Source of the DNA: Ignavibacteria bacterium RIFCSPLOWO2_12_FULL_56_21
GTDB lineage: Bacteria > Bacteroidota > Ignavibacteria > UBA10030
Length of the DNA: 64,000 nt
Assembly: GCA_001802945.1 (NCBI GenBank)
Contig: MHAK01000016.1
Location: 6,803-70,802 of the forward strand
Reading direction: 5' to 3'
The position numbers and the translations under genes were made by a program. The notes beneath the pieces were generated by a model, which was not told the DNA's origin, ran no database searches, and worked only from the letters and a program-made list of their open reading frames with translations. Shown piece by piece: positions 56,383 to 64,000 of this stretch (the first letter of the stretch is position 1; every line of letters begins with the position of its first letter).

Positions 56383-56599
56383 GGATATTTTTCCTTTCCT
56401 TGCGACTCTCCTTACATATGTCAGTTTCCGGTCCTTGGGAACCGCGGTATTCCACTGTCATATGTGGACACCTGCCGTCGTTGAACTGCCGCAACAACCC
56501 GCCCGCCGTATCTTTCGATCTCCCGCGTTTTCCCACCGGATGGCATGATAGTTGAAGGTCGAACGAGAATCTTATATCTCATACGTGAGGTGAATACCC

Positions 56600-56854
56600 A
56601 TGGAAGAGCTCCATCGCGGTACCTCCGAGAGGCTCATCTTCTTCTTTCAGCTCTCTAGCGTCCTCCTGATTTGGCTGTTTGTCATTGCCATCACCCTCTG
56701 GATCTCCAGGCTCATCGTTCTCTCCCTTGAGCTCAATGATGCCCCCGGGGCCTCTGTGGCCATTAGCCTCGTAGCCATTCCCGTATTTATGACACTGGCT
56801 GGAATTCTTACGTATGTCTTCGTCGGATTACAGAGGGGGAAGAAAAAAGTCTGA
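56600..56854 (+). CDS. small hydrophobic membrane protein (84 aa)
   Basis: SD GAGGTGA. Two to three predicted TM helices. No family recognised. Confidence 0.45.
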   Translation: MEELHRGTSERLIFFFQLSSVLLIWLFVIAITLWISRLIVLSLELNDAPGASVAISLVAIPVFMTLAGILTYVFVGLQRGKKKV

Positions 56855-56877
56855 ATCACCTTAGGAGGAGAATCGAC

Positions 56878-58035
56878 ATGGTACTTCGGTTGCTCCAATT
56901 GTCCGTGTTGGCGTTTGTGACGCCCGCTATGTTCGGCCAGGATTTCGAATTGCCGACAGATCCGCTCGAAGGGAGGATCGTGTTTGAGGAGAAACAGTGC
57001 ATCTCGTGTCATTCGGTGGGGGGGCTTGGGGGAACCGCCGGACCGGATCTCAGCAGAGACTACTTCTTCGGCAGCGGACTTGAACTAGCCTCGATACTCT
57101 GGAATCACACGCCGGCGATGAATCGGAAGTTTCGCCAGCTTCGCATGGATCGACCGAAGCTGTCGGAAAAAGAAATGTTGGACCTCCTTGGTTTCCTCTA
57201 CTATCTCCGGTATCTGGGTGAGCCTGGAAGTGTGTCAAGCGGGAAGCGGCTGATCGAATCGAAAGGTTGTCTGTCGTGTCACACGATTGGCGGCGGAAGC
57301 AAGGAAGGAGTTCCGGATTTCAGGCAGATCCCGCGATTTTCAGCACCGCTTAACATGGTCCAAGCGATGTGGAACCATGCTCCCACGATGCAGAAGAAGT
57401 TCGAGTCGAACAAAGTAGCCTACCCAACGATGAGCGGTGAAGAAGCAGTTGATATCGCCGCCTTTCTGCAACAGGCCAGCACGGCTCCCACGGAGCAACG
57501 ATTGTCACCCGGGAATCCCCGGAACGGACGCGTGTTGTTCGATAAAAAGAAATGCTCAACCTGTCATGTTGGTGAAGGGAAACGCCGAAGGATCGAGACG
57601 GGACTAGTGAAGATGGACCTGCGGAAGGGCGTGACCGAGGTTGCCAGCTCGATGTGGAATCACGGGAAGGATATGTTCGATTTGATGAAGCGAGAATCGA
57701 TAGAATGGCCCATGCTGGAGGGAAACGACATGGCCGACATCATCGCGTACATCTACTTCCTTGGTTTTGAGGACAAGCCGGGCCAGAGCGAGGAGGGGCT
57801 TCGGGTGTTCAGAGAAAAAGGATGCTTCGAATGTCACGAAAGAAGCGGTAGTCAGGCCGCATTGCTAGCGTCGTCCGGTTCGCTCAACTCCCCGTTCAAT
57901 ATGGTGCAATTGATGTGGAATCATGCCATTGAGATGGAAGATTTGCTCATCACTCAAAACAAGCGGTGGCCTGAGTTGTCTTCCAAAGAAATGCGGGACC
58001 TGTACGCCTATCTGCAGGGGAAGACGAAGAAATGA
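56878..58035 (+). CDS. periplasmic cytochrome c with four tandem class-I monoheme domains
   Basis: Signal peptide. Four repeats of CxxCH ... (M)WNHxxxM: CISCH/WNHTPAM, CLSCH/WNHAPTM, CSTCH/WNHGKDM, CFECH/WNHAIEM. Confidence 0.85.
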   Translation: MVLRLLQLSVLAFVTPAMFGQDFELPTDPLEGRIVFEEKQCISCHSVGGLGGTAGPDLSRDYFFGSGLELASILWNHTPAMNRKFRQLRMDRPKLSEKEMLDLLGFLYYLRYLGEPGSVSSGKRLIESKGCLSCHTIGGGSKEGVPDFRQIPRFSAPLNMVQAMWNHAPTMQKKFESNKVAYPTMSGEEAVDIAAFLQQASTAPTEQRLSPGNPRNGRVLFDKKKCSTCHVGEGKRRRIETGLVKMDLRKGVTEVASSMWNHGKDMFDLMKRESIEWPMLEGNDMADIIAYIYFLGFEDKPGQSEEGLRVFREKGCFECHERSGSQAALLASSGSLNSPFNMVQLMWNHAIEMEDLLITQNKRWPELSSKEMRDLYAYLQGKTKK

Positions 58036-58598
58036 ACATTCCGGAGAGAACAAGTGCTCGCGCGGACTCCCGCCTGGAGGTTCGTGAGGGAATGCGGATC
58101 GGCGCTGGTTTGGTTATCGTGATGATGGGAGGAGCGTTGTGCATCCTGCATGCTTCCGGCTGCCGCGAACGCAAAGTCGAGCAACCGATCGACTACAGCC
58201 ACAAGACCCACGTTGGGACGGCGGGAATTGCCTGTGTGGATTGCCACCAATCGGTCGAATCGGGGATCCGCGCAACCATCCCGCCGCTGGAAACGTGCAA
58301 AGGCTGCCATTCGGATACTCCGCTGACGGAATCGCCGGAAGAGAAAAAGCTTCTGAACTACTTGGCCAATGGGGGAGAGATTCCATGGAATAAGGTGTAC
58401 CAGGTGCCCGACCATGTCTACTTCTCACATCGGCGCCATGTGTCACGAAGCAAGGTCACCTGCCAGGAATGTCATGGGGATATAGCTTCATTTGTGAATG
58501 CCGTTTCCTTCCAGTTCCTTCCTGTGACGATGGAAAACTGCATGAAGTGCCACAAGGAAAGAAATGTGACGAACGACTGCCTTTCCTGTCACCGCTAA
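58032..58598 (+). CDS. membrane-anchored pentaheme cytochrome c (ActA/QrcA/c3-family-like)
   Basis: ATGA overlap with the upstream gene. TM helix GAGLVIVMMGGALCIL. Five CXXCH motifs: CVDCH, CKGCH, CQECH, CMKCH, CLSCH. Confidence 0.85.
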   Translation: MNIPERTSARADSRLEVREGMRIGAGLVIVMMGGALCILHASGCRERKVEQPIDYSHKTHVGTAGIACVDCHQSVESGIRATIPPLETCKGCHSDTPLTESPEEKKLLNYLANGGEIPWNKVYQVPDHVYFSHRRHVSRSKVTCQECHGDIASFVNAVSFQFLPVTMENCMKCHKERNVTNDCLSCHR

Positions 58599-58608
58599 CG
58601 GATGCGCC

Positions 58609-61053
58609 ATGGAAATTCGCCGACGAGAGTTCTTGAAGATTGCCGCAGGAATGACAGGAGGAGCACTCCTGGGCAGCCATGGACTGGACCCGATGTTTGC
58701 TGTTCCGAAAGAAGTTATCGAACGGATGAAATTCGGTCCTCGAGTCGAGACGTGGAAGAACACTACCTGTCGCTTGTGCCCCGGAGGATGTGGAATGAGC
58801 GTCCGGTTGATCGACGATGTTCCGATCTCGGTCAAAGGCAATCCCCTGAATCCGGTGAACCGAGGTGGATTGTGTCCGCTCGGCCTGAATGCAGTCCATT
58901 CATTGTATCACCCTGATCGCGTTCAGGGGCCCCTCATCCGGAAAGGTTCCCCCGGGTCCGGCTCATGGGAAAAGACATCCTGGCAGGAAGCTTTCAAGGT
59001 GATCTCAGGGAAGTTGAACCAACTCAGACAAGAGGGAAAATCCCAGCACGTGGCCTTCCTCGGCTCAGACGAGTATGGGTTCATGAGGGATCATATCCAG
59101 AGATTCGCCGCGTCATATGGAACCCCGAACTATTTTCTCTATTCGAAGGACTCGAACAAGAGGGCGGCGAACTTCCTCTCGCATGGAAATCGGCGCGCAC
59201 CGGCGTATGACATTGTCAACTCCAAACTGGTGGTCACCTTTGGGGCGAACATCCTCGAAGAGGGGCCATCTCCCGTATACTATACAAAGTTGTACAGTCA
59301 TCACAATGAACAGCAAACCCGCTATATCCACATTGACTCGAGGCTGAACCTGACAGCCGCCAATGCCGACCGTTGGATTTCCATCCGGCCGGGGACGTAC
59401 GGTGCCCTTGCGCTCGGTGTTGCGTACGTGCTCATCCGCGAGGAACTCTATGACCAGGATTTCGTCAGAGCGCACACGCACGGCTTTGACGACTGGATGG
59501 ATGCTCGAGGCAGGCGACACGTCGGCTTCAAGTCCACCGTTCTCAGCGACTACTATCCGGAGAGAGTCCAGGAGTTCACCGGAGTGCCGAGCAGTGTCAT
59601 CCTCGAACTTGGCCGGGAACTTGGCAACTCTCGTCCCTCAGTCGCATTGTGCGATCAGGCAGCCCTCAATCACACGAATGGGACGCTCACGGCAACGGCA
59701 GTGAACGCCCTGAATGCGCTCTTGGGCAATTATGAGAAAGAGGGGGGGGTCTACTTCGTCGATGAGCCGCCCTTCGCGAGCTTCGGCGCAGCACCGATGG
59801 ATGGCCGATCCGCTCAGGCGATGACCCAGCCGCGAGTAGGAATGCCTGTGGAAGCGTTCCTTCCGCTCCAAGAGTGCTCGGTGAAAAGCTTCAGCGAAAA
59901 CGTTCTCTCAGGGAGACCATATCCCATCGACGTGCTTTTTCTCTACGGAGGCAATCCGCTCTTTCAGAGCGTGCACCACAAGAAGTTTGCCCAGGCGCTC
60001 CAGAAGATCCCCATGGTCATCAGTTTCGACTCTCTCCTCACGGAGACCGGTGAATTCGCTCACTACGTCCTGCCGGACCATCATTTCTTTGAGGCCTGGG
60101 ATATTGTCTCGAATGTGGAAAATGTTGGATTCACACATGTTGCAATTCAGCAACCTGTCATGGCGCCGATGTATGACACCAGAGCTACGGGCGACGTGTT
60201 GATAGAACTCGCACGCCTTGCGGAAGGTCGGGTTGCGGCGTCATTCCCGTACGGTTCGTACGACGAGGGCATTCGCCGCGCTTTGAGAGGCGTGTTCGAA
60301 TCAGGATCCGGTGCGATCGCGAGTGAAGGGGTTGGGAGTCGATGGCTGGAGTTCCTGAAACAGCGGGGATGGAGGATCGACAGATATTCATCGTTCGAAG
60401 AGTTCTGGGACAGATTGACCCGGTATGCCGGATGGTGGAATCCGATACGATCAAAGAAACATTTACGCTCACTGTTCCAGACACCCTCGGGGAAGTTTGA
60501 GTTCTACTCACAGACGCTCGAGAACATGATACAAGCTATTCCGACCGAGTCACGCGACAAAGCGCTCCGCCGGGCAGGCATATCCGCAGGTGGAGACACA
60601 GCCTTCCTCCCGCACTATGAACCTGTCTCCGGCGAATCGGATCTCCCGCTTTCCATGATCACGTACCAATCAATGTCCGTAGGCGATGGACGAGGGGCCA
60701 CACTCCCCATGATGCAGGAGTTGTTCGGACATGCGGTGAATCGACATTGGGATTCATGGGCGGAGATCCATCCCTTGACGGCCCAGCAGTATCTGGTGAA
60801 GGATGGTGAGTGGATCCTGGTGCAGTCGTCCGAAGGGACGCTGAGGATCCGCTCCAAGGTCACAGAAGGAGTGATGCCGAACGTTGTTGCCATACCGTTC
60901 GGATTGGGTCACACATCCGGAGGAAGGTACGCACGAGGTCATGGAGTCAATCCACATTCCATCTTGGAAGGAAAGGAGGACGGGCTAAGTGGCCGCGAGG
61001 CGATTCAGGCGACCCGAGTGCGCGTGGTTGCTGAAGGGCGGTCAGAATTTTGA
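58609..61053 (+). CDS. Tat-exported molybdopterin-oxidoreductase-family (MopB/CISM) catalytic-type subunit
   Basis: Tat signal RRREFLKIAAGMTGGALLG. FS0 [4Fe-4S] motif CRLCPGGCG...GGLCPLG. 814 aa. Substrate unknown. Confidence 0.9.
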   Translation: MEIRRREFLKIAAGMTGGALLGSHGLDPMFAVPKEVIERMKFGPRVETWKNTTCRLCPGGCGMSVRLIDDVPISVKGNPLNPVNRGGLCPLGLNAVHSLYHPDRVQGPLIRKGSPGSGSWEKTSWQEAFKVISGKLNQLRQEGKSQHVAFLGSDEYGFMRDHIQRFAASYGTPNYFLYSKDSNKRAANFLSHGNRRAPAYDIVNSKLVVTFGANILEEGPSPVYYTKLYSHHNEQQTRYIHIDSRLNLTAANADRWISIRPGTYGALALGVAYVLIREELYDQDFVRAHTHGFDDWMDARGRRHVGFKSTVLSDYYPERVQEFTGVPSSVILELGRELGNSRPSVALCDQAALNHTNGTLTATAVNALNALLGNYEKEGGVYFVDEPPFASFGAAPMDGRSAQAMTQPRVGMPVEAFLPLQECSVKSFSENVLSGRPYPIDVLFLYGGNPLFQSVHHKKFAQALQKIPMVISFDSLLTETGEFAHYVLPDHHFFEAWDIVSNVENVGFTHVAIQQPVMAPMYDTRATGDVLIELARLAEGRVAASFPYGSYDEGIRRALRGVFESGSGAIASEGVGSRWLEFLKQRGWRIDRYSSFEEFWDRLTRYAGWWNPIRSKKHLRSLFQTPSGKFEFYSQTLENMIQAIPTESRDKALRRAGISAGGDTAFLPHYEPVSGESDLPLSMITYQSMSVGDGRGATLPMMQELFGHAVNRHWDSWAEIHPLTAQQYLVKDGEWILVQSSEGTLRIRSKVTEGVMPNVVAIPFGLGHTSGGRYARGHGVNPHSILEGKEDGLSGREAIQATRVRVVAEGRSEF

Positions 61054-61298
61054 AGAACGAACTAGCGTCGCCTCCAGAACGGAAGCTCGTAATGAAAGCG
61101 ATCCCCGACCCTTCTCCGGCCGCGTTCATATCGCAGTTATGAGTGGGTAGGGAGCAATGCAGAGGGTGGACACTCGCCGAATCGAAATGCTGATCACCAG
61201 TCCGCGTGCCCTTATGAACGATCGGCGTGGGCGAGCCTTGCGGATCATACTCTCTCATTCGAAAGCGTTTTCAACAACACGTTAGCAGGAGAGGACCA

Positions 61299-61988
61299 AT
61301 GCCGAAATGGGCGATGGCCATAGATTTGGATAAGTGCACGGGATGCGAATCCTGCATGATCGCATGTAAGGTGGAGAACAACGTGGCGATCGTCGATCCG
61401 GAGCAAGCACAAGCAGGCCGGGTGATGTACTGGATGGATATGATGACTGCGTACGAATCCGAGGATACCCAGGTCGTGAGGAGAATTGTGCCAAAGCCTT
61501 GTTTCCACTGCGATGAACCTCCTTGCACCGTTGTTTGTCCGGTGGGCGCCACCTATCGCAATCCCGAAGGAATCGTGGCCCAGGTGTACCATCGGTGCAT
61601 TGGGTGCCGGTATTGCATGGCAGCGTGTCCTTATACAGCCAAGGTCTTCAACTGGTACGCACCGAAATGGCTGGAGGATTCGGCTTGTCGCCCGAATCCG
61701 GACGTCTCACTTCGAATGTCCGGCGTCGTCGAGAAATGTTCGTTCTGTTCTCATCGTTTGCAGCAGATTAAAGAGATCGCGGACCTCGAAGGAAGGAGGA
61801 TCGAGGACGGAGAGTATGTGACGGCGTGCCAAGAGAACTGCCCGACAGACGCCATTGTATTCGGAGATATCGAAGACAAAGATAGCTCGGTCTACAAGCT
61901 TTCCAAAAGCTACCGTGTCAAACGATACATGGATGATCTAGATGTGAAACCGAAAGTGTTCTATCTCTCACGTAGAACAACGGAATAG
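61299..61988 (+). CDS. 4x[4Fe-4S] ferredoxin-type subunit (PsrB/ActB2/QrcC-like)
   Basis: CTGCESCMIAC, CFHCDEPPCTVVCP, CIGCRYCMAACP and CSFC...CQENCP. ATG 61299 follows SD AGGAGAGGA. No signal peptide. Confidence 0.9.
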   Translation: MPKWAMAIDLDKCTGCESCMIACKVENNVAIVDPEQAQAGRVMYWMDMMTAYESEDTQVVRRIVPKPCFHCDEPPCTVVCPVGATYRNPEGIVAQVYHRCIGCRYCMAACPYTAKVFNWYAPKWLEDSACRPNPDVSLRMSGVVEKCSFCSHRLQQIKEIADLEGRRIEDGEYVTACQENCPTDAIVFGDIEDKDSSVYKLSKSYRVKRYMDDLDVKPKVFYLSRRTTE

Positions 61989-62003
61989 AGGGATGCTTGG
62001 ACA

Positions 62004-63308
62004 ATGGATAAAGACGAGATCCTGTTCAAACCGATCTATGAAACCGGAAGGGGCTTTTACATAACCTTCGGCATCCTCGCGGTGATTCTCCTGTGGGCCC
62101 TTGCCATGTACATCAACCAGGTCATGGTTGGACTCGGGCCGACAGGAATGAACCAGCCTGTCACGTGGGGATTCTATATCGTGAATTTCGTGTTCTTCAT
62201 CGGTATCAGTCATGCCGGAACGCTGATCTCTGCCATTCTTCGACTGTCCAAGGCCGAGTGGCGTCGCCCGATCACGCGCATGGCAGAAGTGATCACCGCG
62301 ATCGTACTTGTGATCGGGGGACTGCACCCGATTTTGGATCTCGGAAGGCCGGACCGGATGATGAACCTGCTGGAATCTGGCCGGCTACAATCTCCGCTGC
62401 TCTGGGATGTCACGAGCATCACTGCGTATTTCACGGCGAGTACGGTCTACCTCTATCTTCCCATGATTCCCGACATCGCGCGGATCCGTGACAGAGGGGG
62501 GAAGCTAAAGTGGCTATACACGTTCATGGCCTGGGGATGGCAGGGAACGGAATATCAACAGAAGGTTCTGAACCGGGCCATCAATATCCTCATGGTGATG
62601 GTGATTCCGATCGCGATCTCTGTCCACACGGTCATTTCTTACATCTTTTCGATGACCCTGCAGCCGGGATGGCACAGCACGATCTTCGGACCGTATTTTG
62701 TCGTGGGAGCCATCTTCTCGGGTATTGCAGCACTGATGATAGTCATGATGACATTTCGCAAGGTGTATCATCTGGAGACGTACCTGAAAGAGATCCATTT
62801 CCGTTACTTGAGTACATTGCTGTTGATCATGTCGCTGATCTGGTTCTACTTCACCTTCTCCGAGTATCTGACGGGCGTCTTCGGATCTGAGGCGCATGAG
62901 ATGGAAGTCATCAAGTACAAGTTCTCAGGTCCGTTTGCTCCGTTCTTCTGGGGAATGGTCCTCTGCAATTTCGTTCTTCCGGTAACCATTCTCAGTTTCA
63001 GAAAGTTCCGCACGATGACGGGGATATTTGTGGCCTCCGTTGCAGTTGTTATCGGAATGTGGCTTGAGCGTCTCATCATTGTGGTACCGTCGTTAGCAAG
63101 TCCGAGGATGGATGTGCCACTCGGGATCTACGTGCCGACGATCCTTGAATGGTCCCTGTTCGCGGGCGGCATAGCAGTGTTCGTCATGGGGTTTATGCTT
63201 TTTTCGAAGTTCTTTCCAATCATTTCAATATGGGAGATTGAGGAGGGGAGGAGTCATGCGGCGAAAGAGGTTGAAGAACGTATCGCCAGCTATTTGCCCG
63301 GACCATGA
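62004..63308 (+). CDS. NrfD-family membrane subunit, long (434 aa, ActC/QrcD-like size)
   Basis: Highly hydrophobic. The N-terminus GFYITFGILAVILLWALAMYINQ ... FFIGISHAGTLISA is typical of the NrfD/PsrC/ActC family. Confidence 0.9.
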   Translation: MDKDEILFKPIYETGRGFYITFGILAVILLWALAMYINQVMVGLGPTGMNQPVTWGFYIVNFVFFIGISHAGTLISAILRLSKAEWRRPITRMAEVITAIVLVIGGLHPILDLGRPDRMMNLLESGRLQSPLLWDVTSITAYFTASTVYLYLPMIPDIARIRDRGGKLKWLYTFMAWGWQGTEYQQKVLNRAINILMVMVIPIAISVHTVISYIFSMTLQPGWHSTIFGPYFVVGAIFSGIAALMIVMMTFRKVYHLETYLKEIHFRYLSTLLLIMSLIWFYFTFSEYLTGVFGSEAHEMEVIKYKFSGPFAPFFWGMVLCNFVLPVTILSFRKFRTMTGIFVASVAVVIGMWLERLIIVVPSLASPRMDVPLGIYVPTILEWSLFAGGIAVFVMGFMLFSKFFPIISIWEIEEGRSHAAKEVEERIASYLPGP

Positions 63309-63424
63309 TCTCCAGGCGATTGGATTTGGCGTTTCGACGACCATGGAAGAATCTCACAGCTCTACACCGTGCTATGTCCAATAACGCACGCGTTCCACAC
63401 ACAACACGAGGAAAGGCAACCAGC

Positions 63425-63964
63425 ATGAAGTCACTTTCGTTTCTCCTGATCGCCGGAGTGTTCCTGATCACCGGGACCGAGGCGGTTGCGCAGAACAAAT
63501 ACATCGGCGCTAAAATGTGCGGTATGTGTCATCGCACCGATAAACAGGGAAAGCAGTTCGATATTTGGAAGGCGAGCAAACACGCGAAAACGTTCGATGT
63601 TCTCTCCAGCCCCAAAGCGGCGGAGATTGCGAAGGCAAAAGGTATTGCCAACGCCGCTGAAGCGAAGGAATGTCTCGAATGTCACGTCACGGTGTCGGAT
63701 GCCAAGTTGATGGACAAGTCATTCGACATGAAGGAAGGAATACAGTGCGAAGCGTGTCACGGTGCGGGGTCCGCGTACAAGACGATCACGCTCATGAAGG
63801 ACCACGCAAAAGCCGTGGCGGCCGGAATGTCCGATTTTTCCGTCAAGGGTGCGGCTGAAAAACGCTGCAAGACATGCCACAATGAAAAGAGCCCGACATT
63901 CAAGGGATTTGAGTTCGACAAAATGTGGGCGAAGATCGAACATAAGGTACCCAAAGCAGGGTAG
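63425..63964 (+). CDS. periplasmic tetraheme cytochrome c (c554-like)
   Basis: Signal peptide MKSLSFLLIAGVFLITGTEAVAQ. Four CXXCH motifs: CGMCH, CLECH, CEACH, CKTCH. The internal ATG with SD GAGGAAAGG is preferred to the ORF-track start at 63305. Confidence 0.8.
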   Translation: MKSLSFLLIAGVFLITGTEAVAQNKYIGAKMCGMCHRTDKQGKQFDIWKASKHAKTFDVLSSPKAAEIAKAKGIANAAEAKECLECHVTVSDAKLMDKSFDMKEGIQCEACHGAGSAYKTITLMKDHAKAVAAGMSDFSVKGAAEKRCKTCHNEKSPTFKGFEFDKMWAKIEHKVPKAG

Positions 63965-64000
63965 AGCCTGGAGGGTATGCAGTAAGCAGTATGCAGCCCT

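Noticed and set aside
61054-61298. The 245-nt gap between the MopB and FeS genes, examined for a frameshifted or pseudogenised ORF, a selenocysteine read-through or a small gene.
   Set aside because: The MopB ORF ends at a normal length with a family-typical C-terminus. The gap frames contain multiple stops, and nothing resembling a SECIS element or a conserved small protein was seen.
1-64000. A search for tRNA/rRNA genes, transposases, integrases, phage genes, toxin-antitoxin pairs or known defence-system genes.
   Set aside because: No T-loop-type GGTTCGAATCC motifs or rRNA-like stretches occur in intergenic DNA. No ORF has a recognisable DDE, tyrosine- or serine-recombinase, or nuclease/helicase defence signature. 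The window appears metabolic, respiratory and regulatory.

Overview
GC-rich 64-kb chromosomal window from an anaerobe. A T9SS C-terminal sorting domain suggests the FCB superphylum, but this lineage call is inference only. I call 52 CDS, all on the + strand, many translationally coupled by ATGA/GTGA overlaps. I recognised no rRNA, tRNA, CRISPR array, transposase, integrase or phage gene.

Gene content in order:
- Small regulators: a Fis-type HTH and a stand-alone receiver.
- A CoA-transferase.
- A duplicated-Cys miniprotein followed by a radical SAM enzyme.
- PFOR with a DHOD-like protein.
- A three-part corrinoid methyltransferase set (URO-D-like, B12-binding protein, homocysteine-S-methyltransferase-like).
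- VIT1, HemN and MaeB.
- An unusual 4-gene membrane module: two GcvH-fold proteins around a HybA/HybB-like pair.
- A heme-motif sensor kinase, a sigma-54 activator and an archaemetzincin.
- EtfBA with an acyl-CoA dehydrogenase.
- A 4-subunit 2-oxoacid:ferredoxin oxidoreductase.
- TonB, a T9SS cargo protein, a lipoprotein, Usp and a 1420-aa hybrid kinase.
- A ~21-kb respiratory island (43.1-64.0 kb) with 62 canonical CXXCH motifs. It holds two tandem CbcL-like cytochrome c/b modules, a Rieske/cytochrome b cluster with multiheme partners, and an ACIII/Qrc/Psr-like molybdopterin complex.

Non-coding highlights:
- Five sigma-54 -24/-12 promoter candidates, two of them exact consensus, sit in front of central redox genes.
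- Several families of intergenic tandem-word hairpin repeats occupy most of the larger intergenic gaps.

All family assignments come from motif recognition by eye. No searches were run.
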